A stretch of DNA of 64,000 nucleotides. Source: Felis catus. Lineage: Eukaryota. Under the pieces are notes generated by a model that saw only the letters and a program-made list of their open reading frames with translations, was not told the DNA's origin and ran no database searches. Each line of letters starts with the position of its first letter. The stretch's first letter is position 1. A program made the translations under genes and the position numbers. The stretch covers positions 61,258,001-61,322,000 of the forward strand of contig NC_058368.1 of NCBI RefSeq assembly GCF_018350175.1, in the 5' to 3' direction. This document shows, in pieces, positions 1 to 11,599 of the stretch.

Positions 1-447
1 TAGATGTATATTCTAAAACACTATTTTTAGCTGAATAGGCAATTAGTTTATGTCAAATATAAATTACTCATATGGAAATTACATAGAAAAGAAGAAAACA
101 AATCACTCCAAATAACATTACCAAAAAGTTCAACACTATGAATGTATGTTGCTTTTCAGAATTTGTTTAAAATGTGTTATAACCCTACTCACACACAAAC
201 TGTAACATATTCAGCATTAGTTTTGTCTTATATTTGTGATTCTCATAGTCTTATGCACTAAAAGCATAAGACTTTCCCATGCCGTTGAATATTTATGTTA
301 CTATAATATATGTAAAATGTTAAAAGAATAAATGTAGTATTAACAATTTTATGCTTTTATTTTTTAGGTTATTTCTTATCTGTTTAGTATTAAAATAATA
401 CTGTTATAAAGTGATTAATTCCTTGCCTAAATTAATATCCACATTTT

Positions 448-643
448 TATTATCTTTTTTTAATGTTTATTTATTTTTGAGAGAGTGCAGGCAGGGGAGG
501 GGCAGAGAGATAGGGACAGAAAATCTGATGTGGGCTTTGCACTGACAGCAGAGAGCCTGATGTGGGGCTTGAACCCACAAACCACAAGATCTCGATCTGG
601 GCCCTAGTTGGATGCTCAACCAACTGAGCCACTCAGGCTCCCC
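448..643 (-). mobile_element. Can-SINE (SINEC family, tRNA-derived)
   Basis: Reverse complement of a GGGAGCCTGAGTGGCTCAGTTGGTTGAGC head, CT-rich body and A-rich tail. TSD ATCCACATTTT at 437-447 and 644-654. Confidence 0.95.
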
Positions 644-1063
644 ATCCACATTTTAAATTAAAACTCTATCTTTAAATTTATTTTTATAAATGGAGTTATT
701 AGGTCAAATAGTGTATGTTTTTTTTTAATTTTGTCATACAGATGAACATAATTATTAAATATAATTTAAAATATTTCCTGGGCCACTGGTAATATGCGTA
801 AAATGATTGCATACTAGTTTTCACATATTTATCTTTTTTTCCCATTAGTCTATAGTCAGTCCTAATAAATATTCTGTGACATCAGCTACTAGAAATGACG
901 TAATTCTTTACAGCCTATAGAGTACAGTGTAGCTTTCAGCATTTTATTATTTCTTTACTTTTCATTTATATCACGGATGCATATTTTTTTTAGGAAAAGC
1001 ACAAAAGTTTTATTTTGTTTCTTTTGTAAGTAGGGGCTGTTTACATAAAAACAGTAATCATAA

Positions 1064-1270
1064 GGTACGCTTGGGTGGCTCAAGTCAGGTTAAGCGTCCT
1101 ACTTCAGCTCAGGTCATGATCTTGAGTTCGAGCCCTGCATCGGGCTCTGTGCTGACAGCTCGGAGCCTGGAGACTGCTTTGGATTCTGTGTCTCCCTCTC
1201 TCTCCCTGCCCTTCCCCCGCTCATTCTCTGTCTCACTTTCTCTCAAAAATAAAATTAAAAAAAACATTAA
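1064..1270 (+). mobile_element. Can-SINE (SINEC_Fc-like)
   Basis: GGGTGGCTCAAGTCAGGTTAAGCGT head, GAGTTCGAGCCC B-box, A tail. TSD AAAAACAGTAATC(A/G)TAAG on both flanks. Confidence 0.95.
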
Positions 1271-1305
1271 AAAAACAGTAATCGTAAGATCCCTTTACCA
1301 TTATG

Positions 1306-1307
1306 AA

Positions 1308-1355
<48 letters not shown>

Positions 1356-1363
1356 AAAAGAAA
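1306..1363 (+). repeat. (AAAG)n tetranucleotide microsatellite
   Basis: Direct reading of tandem AAAG units with minor interruptions. Confidence 0.95.
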
Positions 1364-3009
1364 ATCAATTCTATTTAAGCAGTAAGTTTTAAAATGAAAG
1401 GTTAATCCTATGGAAATCTACTTTGATGTAATAAATGCAATATTGACAATTACATAAGTATCCTTTAATGTATGAAATTCAGATGGAAAAACCAAGCTGA
1501 ATTTTGGACATCATAGAAAGATATTTCTGATTAGAGGTAAATTCTCTAAAAGAAATCCTAGCCACTTAAATATTTTTTTTATTGTTTGTGTGAAATTTAT
1601 TTTGGAAAAAAATTAATGGCAATAGGAACAATTCATTCACCAACTTCTTATGGCATATCCTTATGTATTTCTCAAAAGAGTACATTTAAATCAGTATAAA
1701 TGTCACAATAGCATTTTTAAAGAACATTTGTTTGATGAATATTTATAATTTTAATTTAAAAGCAGTGATTGAAAGCCAACCTGAAGAGAAAGTTAAATTT
1801 GAGTCATTCAGTATTTTTCTTCTCTTCACCAAAATGGTAAAATACATTCCCTTCAGTATTTTCCAACAGGAAAAGACAAAACAAAACACTTATAATCCTA
1901 CAGTCTCAAGTAACCAATTTACTGATTTTAGTTGAGCCAGCAAAAAATTCTTCATAATAAAACAATAGAGGTGTTTACAAATACATCCAATATATGCTTT
2001 TGCTTTCAAAGTTTTTATATGTGTGGGGTAAAAGTTCTCTCAGGGGGAACAATGACACCACATACTACAGCCATAGAGAGAACTTTTTATTCCTCCCTGT
2101 CTAGCAGTGTTGATTAGAAGCTTGAGTTACAGAACCTCAGTCTTCAAAACTACACCCAACATTTTTGAAATTTCTGTTTTATGGTATATTTTAGAAAGAA
2201 CCTATAGATCTATGTGTGTTATTGAAAATACTGCATTTGCTCCTCATTAAAGTACACTGCCTATCTCTCCTCATTATCAAAAGCCAGCCTTAACTAAGAT
2301 TTTCTGATCACATTTCATTCACGCCAGGAACACTTCACCTGCAACCTTACCTTTTCTTAAAACTTCTTTTATAAATGTCTTCAAGCAGCTTCTGAAATTT
2401 TCCCATACACAAAGTATAAACTTAATTGTAGAAATATGGGCTATAATTGCTTAATTGTGGCCAGTATAGAAAGTACCCATCTGAAGTAAAGAAATCTGTT
2501 TAGGAAAAAAGCAAAATGAGTTTTGTTGCCTCTCTGCAGCTAGGGAGAATGCCACACAGACAATTCTGAGAAGAAATCTTATTAGAAAAAGTAGGTACAA
2601 GGGTTTAATTGTGTACAGGTTGGGCCTGGAGGTTCTTGTGATGGGATATCTGAGTTGAGCCTTCGTATTGGCTTCTTCCTCATGGGAGAAGAGATTCTGG
2701 GTGAAGAAGAAAGCATTATGTGAGTCATCAGACATTCTTCACTCATTATGGCATAACCGATGAGGGTAATCGTTCAGGTCCTTGGGCACTATCTTAGGAA
2801 ATAATTGAGAAGAAAGAATTGTGGTGTTGTAATAATTTATCTTAAATCACTCATCATCACTGTATTTAGGAAATTTGATATTTTTTAAAAATTATCTTTG
2901 GAGCCACCTCTTAGTTTATAATATATCAGTAGGAGCTATATAAGTTTGTCTTTAACTCTTTGAAAATCATAAATATGCCTAACACAGAAACTATGATAGG
3001 TAGACCTTA

Positions 3010-3240
3010 TAATAATGGATACTTACAAAGCACTTCGAATACAAGGCTCTCTTATAAGCATTTTACAAAGATTAATTGACTTAATTCTACACTAACCCTG
3101 TGGGAAGGTATTATTAGAATCATATTTTACACATGAGGAAACTGAGGCACAGGGAGTTTGAGAAACTTCCCCACATGCATTGTGTGGTAGCTTCCTATGC
3201 CAGACTTTAAACCCAGTTAGTCTAGCTCAAGAGTATGTGG
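3010..3240 (-). mobile_element. MIR SINE
   Basis: ATTTTACACATGAGGAAACTGAGGCACAG is the reverse complement of the MIR core. Flanks match the degenerate MIR consensus. Confidence 0.85.
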
Positions 3241-3835
3241 CTCATAAAAACATAATAGGAAAGGAGAAGAAAGAGAGAGGAAGAAACATCATAAATTAGG
3301 GTCAGAAGAAAAAGGCATGGTGAGAAAAGAGACGTTGCATATTTAATGAGGAACTTGGGTATATTAGAAGAGAAAAATGTTGGTTGTTGATGCAGGTTTT
3401 CATCTATATTAATTTAAAGATGAAGAAAGCAGATTTTAAGTCTTTATTCTGTATGCTATAAACAAGCTTTCACTTTTGCTTTTGGGAAAGACTTCAGTAA
3501 AGCTTTAATTTAGTACATTTTGTTTTATTTTGGAATTTTATTTCTTTCAATTAACATAATTGGTGGGGGAAACCTCAAGTCAAGAGAGGAAGAGTCAGGT
3601 TCAAGGTAGAATTTTGAGTGTGTGGTTCTTGGATTGTTTTCCTATGATTCAGTACCCTATATTTACTAAATCGTGTTTAGGTACTAAGCTAACCACATAG
3701 AGCCAGGAAGAAACTTGGTAGTAGTTACAAAAACCACTGGTACAGGCTATTTCAGACTTAAAATAGACATAGGGTACACAACTAATATGATTTTACAAGA
3801 CATGTGAGCTTTCTTATTGAAATTAGGATATGAGG

Positions 3836-4017
3836 CAGTGTATGTAAAGTGGACCATGTACCAAATTCATCAACATCACTTGAGAGCTTGTTAGGCATCT
3901 AGATTACCTGACTTCATTATAGGTCTGTGGAATCAGAATCCCTGAAATGTAGTACAGGATTGTGTATTTTCACAAGGTAATCATTCACTATGCCTGTTAA
4001 AGTTTGAGAAGCACTAG
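3836..4017. mobile_element. MER5-family (hAT-Charlie) DNA transposon relic
   Basis: CAGTG...CATCAACATCACTTGAGAGCTTGTTAG...GAATCAGAATC...AAAGTTTGAGAAGCACTAG matches the MER5A/B layout. Confidence 0.8.
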
Positions 4018-4369
4018 TATGAGGATTGCCCGTTGGTTGGAAATAGGCCATGATGGTACTTAGATTACCTCCAAAATGCCAGGATAAAATATCAGTGGTT
4101 GCTGGGAGACATGAAGTATCAGCCTAGGAAAAATGAATTATCTGAGATGGGTTACCTACAGAGAAATCTCTGTAACATCCTGTGAGTTTACTGTACCATA
4201 AAATGTAAATTTCAAACATTTGACCACAAAGCTATAGACTCCCAAATTCATAAGATTTTCTAAACTTGTTAAGGACCATGAAAATGAAAATTGTAAAAAG
4301 GACATCGGACAGCTCCACCAAGTTAGTGGATCCAGAACTTACTTAATGCTTGAACTTCAGGGGTAGACC

Positions 4370-4398
<29 letters not shown>
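4370..4398 (+). repeat. A29 homopolymer
   Basis: Direct count. Confidence 0.95.
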
Positions 4399-4402
<4 letters not shown>

Positions 4403-4629
4403 AGCTCTGTGTGTTTTGTTTTGTTTACAAATGATTTAAATCATATAATAATATCTACTGACAGCTTTCTTATCCCTTCTCTGTAGATATAGCATTTTAA
4501 CTAGAGATCAAGCAAAACAGTGATCACTGCCTTTTTTATTGTCCTGATACATACTTTACATTCCGATAGTGTGTGGCTTGTAGTACTCCACAGGCACTGT
4601 GCTGTTTGTTTGCTTTTCTCTATACTTTT

Positions 4630-4930
4630 AGTGTGTCTTTTCTGTTCGGAATGGCTTTCAAGTGTCATCTCTGCCACAATTCCTTTTCTTATCTCCTCTG
4701 TCCCAGTTCAATCCCCATTCACATTCCGGGATGCATTAGATGCCTAGTTCCATCCATGAGCCTGTTCACAGCAATTGTAGTATATTGATATTTTTTGTAT
4801 GTGTGTGTGGCTTTATACCCTCCTGAACTCTTAAGAGCCTAGACAGTGAATACTGTTGTATTCACATTTGTAAATTCAGCTCAGGTCCAGTGCTTGCCAT
4901 TTAGTGGGCACTCATTATAAATTTGATAAA
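4630..4930 (+). mobile_element. L2 LINE 3' fragment
   Basis: Ends in CAGTGCTTGCCATTTAGTGGGCACTCATTATAAATTTG, resembling the L2 3' terminus. Confidence 0.55.
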
Positions 4931-5299
4931 CTCAACTAATCAGATCACAGAGTCATGAACCTGAAAGTCAACAAACACATGTCTCTTAGTGGCCTCAAGA
5001 GACATAAATGTGACATAAATTGTGAACTAAAAGCCAAGCACTTTCTTCGTAGAAAAGTCCCTCAGGTCTTACACACTCTTATTTTAGACACCATTAAAAA
5101 AAAAATGCTTGCCTATTTGATTTCCCAGCACACAGAAAATTAAAAGCAGCAATTTGGAGGCAGTGAGGGGGTGACGCTAGAAGCAAGCACAGGAAGAAAA
5201 AAAAAAAAGTTATAGCTGCTGACTTGAGATTATGCAAAGGTGGTACCAAATGTACCAGTGAAGCACTTTTTCAAAATTAGATTATGAATATCAGCCTCT

Positions 5300-5760
5300 T
5301 TCATGTTCTGTGACAAGGGATAAATTCAATTACAAATCAATTGTTTAAAAAAGACAACTATAAAATTTCATATGTTTAGACATTACCCATGTACTTCTAA
5401 ATACAGTACTAAATAGTAAGTACTAAATACAGTACTTAATTTATACAGAAGCATCATTAGAAAGTAGGAAATATTTTGAACCAAATAATAACAAAAGTAT
5501 GATATGGTACAGATGTTGGTTGTAGCTATAACGGGGCAGTGGGAGAAATCTACAGCCTTAAATGGATATATTTGAAAATAGAATAAAACTAGAAAAAGAA
5601 AACAAAGCAAATCGAGAGAAACAAGGAAATAGGAAATAATAAGTGAAGGTTTAGGGTCAATGAAATATGTAAGGTACTTACAATTGAGAAAATGAAGAAA
5701 ACCTATATTTATTCCTCTCAACAATTACTAAAATGAACTTATCTCTAATTGCTCATTAAG
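5300..5760 (+). mobile_element. Old L1 (L1M-type) ORF2 fragment
   Basis: A-rich tract with GGAAATATTTTGAACCAAAT...GGGAGAAATCTACAGCCTTAAATGGATATATT, matching the L1 ORF2 region just after the endonuclease domain. Confidence 0.65.
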
Positions 5761-6580
5761 TTTGTGACACTGCATCAGTTCCCGATCTCTAGATTCAATA
5801 TAGTCAATATAATAATTTTATAAAATATCTTTCTGTAGTAGTGAATTAAAAATAAAGATTTCTGACTATAGGAAGCTCTAATTATTAAGGAAAAATAAAA
5901 ATAAAACAAAAACACAATTTAGCTCACAGTGAATTTTTTGTAGGTAGTGTGGCCAAAGTATGTGTGAACGTGCTGAGGTCAAGTGAGAATAGAGGACTGC
6001 AGACTGGATTTGCCCATCAGTGCTATTTTCCTGAAAGGAATAGATAGAGAATGAATGTGCACTTGGGGACTGCAGACACTGTTGAAATGGAAACGGAAGA
6101 AATTCCAGTATGTGGGTCTTTCTAGGTCAGAAATACAATTGTTGAAGACAATTTTTGTCTTCTTCCACAGGGGGACATACTAAGGACTAAGGACTATTCC
6201 TGGAAAGGGAAACTGATCCATTAGAGAGATGGAATGAAGTCCTTGAGAAGAGGAAAAGAAAGGAAGGGCAGAATAGGACCAGCATTTTAAGCAGTATGGT
6301 TTAAATGTTCAGGAATCTGTCTTTTTCACTTTTGTTTGCCTCCCAGAAAATTGAGTTGAATACCTCCACTAGTATGGGGATACAAAGTTTACTAACTATG
6401 CTGGTAAGAATGTTACATGTGGGTTGAAATGGTGGATCATATATGTTTGAATCTAAATAACATAACTATTGAGGCTTTTGCAGTTTGGTGTGGAAATAAC
6501 AAGGAATCTGTTCATGACCTATCTGAAATAGCAAATGATGAAACATGTTCTTCAAACAAGGTAAAAAAAAAAAGTCTTTG

Positions 6581-6760
6581 AGGAAAGGAAAGGAAAGGAA
6601 AGGAAAGGAAAGGAAAGGAAAGGAAAGGAAAGGAAAGGAAAGGAAAAGAAAGGAGGGAAAAAGGGAAAGAGGAAGGAAGGAAGGAAGGAAGGAAAGAAGG
6701 AAGGAAGGAATAAAAAGAGGAAGGAAAAAAGAAATGAAGGAAGGAAGGAAGAAAAGAAAA
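6581..6760 (+). repeat. (GGAAA)n pentanucleotide microsatellite followed by GGAA-rich purine tract
   Basis: Direct reading. Confidence 0.95.
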
Positions 6761-7836
6761 ATTTGCAACAGGAAGCTTTCCTCTTTTATAGTCTTATTTA
6801 TGTTAAGCTCCTCCTACCCCAGCCACACTCTGCAGCTTTGCCTTGTGAGTATGGAATACTAGTTTGTGGTGGGAGGGCATCAACTGGGAGGGATGTCACC
6901 TGAATTTAGGTTTGTGTAAAATGCTTGTGCAAAATTTCCTGGGTGAGTTAAAGGTGGACTGGGATAGTGATTTATTTCATTAATTTTGGATGTGTACTTT
7001 GACCAGTACATCCTCAAAGACACTTGAACAATACATCATACCCTGTCATAAGTTATATACAACTAGAGTCCATGATCTCAGTTGCCTAAAAACATAATTT
7101 CCACTTACTGAATGAAAAAGTTTCCAATGCATTAGCATCATGGACCCACATGTTCTACTCTTCATGTTCTTTAATCACTAGAGATTGTCTTCAAAATTTG
7201 GCATATATGACTGCGCATTTTAAGATGTTTCACATATGCAATTTTCTAAGAGTAAAATGTATGTATTGTGAAAATGCATGCATCTAATAAAACAGGCCTG
7301 CGATTTTCTCATCTTTCTCCCTACAAACTCCCTTCCCTAACTTTTCAGAGAATGACATGCCTCTTGTCTGTCTTTAATATATCTACTTTTTAATCAGCAG
7401 TGTGACAGTGATGTGCTAGTTTTCCAGTCTGGACTATGCCTGTTTCTCTTGCTTGTTTGTTTATATTGCCCACGTTTATTCTCAGTTTGGATGATAAACT
7501 ATACAGTCACCTTTACTATGATGCATTGCCCCAGAGGGCGATTAACTGAAGCACCCTCAGGTATAATTAGAAGTATTAAGGTTCGTATTGCAAAAGTGAA
7601 TGACACTAATGACTAAATAATAAACCCCCTTGTTCAGGTTTACCTTTATTTACTTTCAACACAGTGGAAGGAAAACCTAATGGAGGTGTCAGATGATAGA
7701 TTATTAAAAATAATTTCAGAAATAAGTAGCTACATAATTTTTGGCATATAACTATTAAGTTCAAAGAACTGAGAAACAGTTCTCAACAAAATGAAACAGT
7801 TTCCATTACCATCTATTTATGTAAACATAGTTTCTC

Positions 7837-8226
7837 GGGGCACCTGGGTGGCTCAGTCGGTTGGGCATCTGACTGGCTCAGGTCAAGATGTCCAGTCTGT
7901 GAGTTCGATCCCCGCGTCAGGATCTGTGTTGACAGCCTAGAGCCTGCTTCGGATACTGTGTCTCCTTCTATCTCTGCTCCTCCCCTGCTCACACTCTGTC
8001 TCTCTCTCAAAAATAAATAAAGATTAGGGGCGCCTGGGTGGCTTGGTCGGTTAAGCGTCCGACTTCGGCTCAGGTCATGATCTCACGGTCTGTGGGTTCG
8101 AGCCCCGCGTCGGGCTCTGTGCTGACAGCTCAGAGCCTGGAGCCTGTTTCCGATTCTGTGTCTCCCTCTCTCTCTGCCCCTCCCCTGTTCATGCTCTGTC
8201 TCTCTCTGTCTTAAAAATAAATAAAC

Positions 8227-8275
<49 letters not shown>

Positions 8276-8296
8276 AGATTAAAAAAAAATTTTTTA
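7837..8296 (+). mobile_element. Can-SINE (outer element; its A tail is interrupted by a younger SINE)
   Basis: GGGGCACCTGGGTGGCTCAGTCGG head at 7837. Outer TSD CATAGTTTCTC at 7826-7836 and 8300-8310. Confidence 0.93.
8027..8265 (+). mobile_element. Young Can-SINE (SINEC_Fc-like) nested in the tail of the previous SINE
   Basis: GGGGCGCCTGGGTGG head with CpGs intact and a (TAAA)n tail. TSD AAATAAATAAAGATTA at 8011-8026 and 8266-8281. Confidence 0.95.
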
Positions 8297-8635
8297 AAGC
8301 ATAGTTTCTCAATGTATACCTAAGAGACAGAAAGAAATATAGAAATAAAATTGTTCTGGATACTGTCTTATTTTAGCAATAAGTAGCATTCACTTAAGTA
8401 CTATGACCAAAAAAAAAAAAGTCCTTTTGATCCCACTAAGGGATTTATTTTAAGAAAATTTTAAAGTATTATATTAAATATTTAAGAAAGCTTGTAACAT
8501 ATTTTAGTGTTCTAATTCACCATGAACTACCAGTAATTATAATAACTCAATTCCAAAGAACTTTTTAAAACTTATATTCTTATGATCACAGAAAATTGAA
8601 TTATAATTTACATATAAAAATTTTTGAATGTAATT

Positions 8636-8862
8636 TTTTATTTTTAAAAAAAAATTAATGGTTATTTATTTTTGAGAGAGAGACAGAGTGAGAGCAGGGG
8701 ATGGGCAGAGAGAGAGGGAGACACGGAATCTGAAGCAGGCTCCAGGATCTGAGCTGTCAGCACAGAGCCTGACGTGGGGCTCGAACTCACAAACCAACAA
8801 ATCGTGAGATCATGACCTGAGCCAAAGTCATATGCTTAACCAACTGAGCCACCCAGGTGCCC
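8636..8862 (-). mobile_element. Can-SINE
   Basis: Ends with CAACTGAGCCACCCAGGTGCCC. Typical body and T-rich tail on the left. Confidence 0.95.
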
Positions 8863-9119
8863 GAAATATCATTTTAATGTAGTCACTGATTAAAGACTGT
8901 AGAGTATAGATATATATTACTTGATATACCAGTCTGTGGAGGAAATGGGATGGACTCATTTGGTCAGGAGTGAAAAGGATGATGTAAGACATGGGTGTCA
9001 AACTTAATATATATCCAATCAAATCCAACTATCTTAGGTTTGATTATATATATTTAAATGAGTGATACAATTTAATTTTTTAAGATGTTTATATTTCAAA
9101 TATATGATGAAATTTCTAG

Positions 9120-9525
9120 GTATCAGCCAGATAACCAAGGTGGTATATAGTTTCACAAAATTCTTTTGGGTGGTAAGGGAACAAAAATGCGTGAAGACTC
9201 CTAACAGTGAATTTCACACACTTCCCTGATCATACCATGATGTCCCTTGAGTTGCTCTCTCACTCTGTATGTAGTCTGGGCAAACTTCTTTCCCAAACCC
9301 ACCTGTGTCGTGGTTTCCCCTACTAACCCCAACTCCTTAGTTGAGGATGGCATATAAATCTCAATTGCGTGACTCTCTTTCAGCTGCTCATGTCTTTGTC
9401 AGGCTCCCATACATACAAAATTAAATCTGGTTTTCTCCTGTGAATCTGTTTTATGTCAATGTAACTAATAGGCTAGCTAAAAAGAACCTAGAATGGTAGA
9501 GAAAATGTTTTCTTCCCTTCCAACA
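9120..9525 (+). mobile_element. ERV1-class solo LTR (MER34/MER39-like)
   Basis: CATATAAA TATA-like box, then TTTTCTCCTGTGAATCTGTTTTATGTCAAT...GAACCTAGAATGGTAGAGAAAATGTTTTCTTCCCTTCCAACA, a 3' end typical of MER34-group LTRs. 5' boundary uncertain. Confidence 0.7.
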
Positions 9526-9887
9526 TATTAACAATTACAAATTCCATATATTTGCATTTTGACTTTGATGGTAAAAAAGCAATAATTTAGTTTGGATTCT
9601 TCCAATGCATGGTGCTGGCTTTTCAGATTTTTATTCCTCATTTATATTTTATTCAACTATGTTACTATTAGATTGTTTTAAATTTTTAGCTTATTGGTGA
9701 TTTTTTAATTTCTTATATAATAATATTTATTGTCTGTATACCAATTTTTTTCTTCTCATCTGCTTATTGATGTAACTTTGTGGTGCTTTTGGTTTATAGG
9801 AGTTTAAATACTAATGCCACCAAATTTAGCAATACTTATCTTTATGGATTTTGCATGCTATCTCGAGAACGCAAAGATATTGGTGGC

Positions 9888-10160
9888 TGTGGTAGGCTGA
9901 GGCTGAGTTATGACATCCAAGACTGCCATATCCTGATCCTCCAAGTCTATGAATATGTTACCTAAAATGGTAAAACAGACTTTGCAAATCTGATTAAGTT
10001 AAGGATCTTGAGACATGGGGGATATCCTGGATTATCTGGGTGGGTCCAATGTAATCACAAGGATCTTTATAAGAGAAGGCACTGTGAAGCATTGCAGGGA
10101 GAGATTTGAAAGTTCTATACATCTGGCTTTAAAGATGGAAAAAGGGCCAAAGAGACATAT
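9888..10160 (+). mobile_element. MaLR LTR (MLT1C/D-like), 3'-truncated
   Basis: TGTGGTAGGCTGA start and GATTAAGTTAAGGATCTTGAGA...ATCCTGGATTATCTGGGTGGGTCCAATGTAATCACAAGG hallmark. Confidence 0.85.
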
Positions 10161-10889
10161 ATGTCATTGTGATAATAGTATATTTTATAAATAATTTTAT
10201 AAATAATTATATCTTTATATACTGTTTGTTTTTATCAGATAAGGCAAAAATCTTGTTCTTTGACAAATGCTTTTAGATAGTCTTGTGTACTTATTCCAGA
10301 AAAAAAAAAAAACTTAAAAAAGATAATCTCTTTGTTCTAATTATTTAAAAACCCTATTAGAGCACAAATCATGAGGATTTTAGTTCTCAAAGGGAAGACA
10401 GTTATCCTTTTTAATTTTGAAATGTCCATCAATATTTCAAATACTTTCTTCTCCTTTTCTTTGTTTTTGGAACTGTTACTAACTGTTACTAACTTTTGGA
10501 GCCCTGGCTGTAACTGCCAGTAACTTATTTTCTCATTTCTTAACTTTTTATACTGTGTCCTAAAGATTTATGGACTCAATTTCTCATTTTAAAAATTTGT
10601 GCTTTTCAGAACACACATTTGTGGCAAGATCAGAAGGAGCTGGGCTTCTAGCATCCAGGGTGAGCCCTGACCTGGCTGAGAGCATAGCAACTGGCACACC
10701 CTCCTGCTGTGGGAAGAGTCGGCCTCATGGGTGCCTTCTCCTTGGTTTTCCTCTTCAGATATGCAGGTACCTATAGTCTTTAGAACACAGAAGAGTTCCT
10801 TAATCTCTTTACTTTGAAGCTATCTATGAACTCTTATATTTGTAGAATATACTTTAGTGTATCTTTTTCTTTCTTTTTATAAACTATTT

Positions 10890-11081
10890 AAAATTTTTTT
10901 TTAATTTTTTTTTTTTTCTGAGACAGAGAGTAAGTGGGGAGGGGCAGAGAGAGAAGGAGACATAGAATCTGAAGCAGGCCTCAGGCTCTGAGCTGTCAGC
11001 ACAGAGCCTGACGTGGGGCACCTGAGATCATGACCTGAGCTGAAGTCAGATGTTTAATCCACTGAGCCACCCACGTGCCCC
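10890..11081 (-). mobile_element. Can-SINE with a small internal deletion
   Basis: Ends with ACTGAGCCACCCACGTGCCCC. TSD-like TATAAACTATTT on both sides. Confidence 0.93.
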
Positions 11082-11599
11082 ATCTATAAACTATTTTTGT
11101 AAGTATAAATTCCAGCATGTTCTCAATCTATAATTTTTAAACTGGAATTAATATTTCATAAAATAAGACACCCATGAGACTTTGAAATTATTCTTAGATA
11201 AGATGTAAGATGTAATCTTTTTCAAATTTTCCTCTCCTTCATTAAGTAACATCTTTGATTTTGTAATGTGTGATTCCTGTTTATGTTCTAAGCCACATGA
11301 ACATAACTTTACAAAATGAATGAATGAGTTAAATAAGACATGTGGACTCAGGGGTTTTAGGAATTGAACTTGTACTGCCTTTTCATTTTCTTTTAGGTTT
11401 ATTTCCTTTACTCTCTCTATTTTATTCAACCTAATTATAAATTATAATTCAGTGGAAAATAACCCATATAATATATAATCAGAAATTATATTGGAATATA
11501 AATATATGCACTATTATCTTAAATTTAAAGTATACTTTATAATTAATATATGTATTTATGCATGTATGCTATATATTTTTCTTAAACTTGAGAAAGTTA

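Noticed and set aside
1071..1385. ORFs containing SAQVMI...SGSVLTAQSLE (also at 24975, 42471 and elsewhere)
   Set aside because: Can-SINE translations, not genes.
2030..2087. 12-bp inverted repeat AAAAGTTCTCTC / GAGAGAACTTTT with a 34-nt loop
   Set aside because: Stem too short for a miRNA or MITE; plausible by chance in 64 kb of AT-rich DNA.
6466..6862. 100-105 aa ORFs on both strands
   Set aside because: Read-through of the (GGAAA)n microsatellite.
10570..10776. GC-richer patch with possible acceptor (TTTTCAG) and donor (CAG|GTACCT), 68-aa ORF
   Set aside because: Weak donor, unrecognised peptide, and probably part of an old L1/HAL1-like relic.
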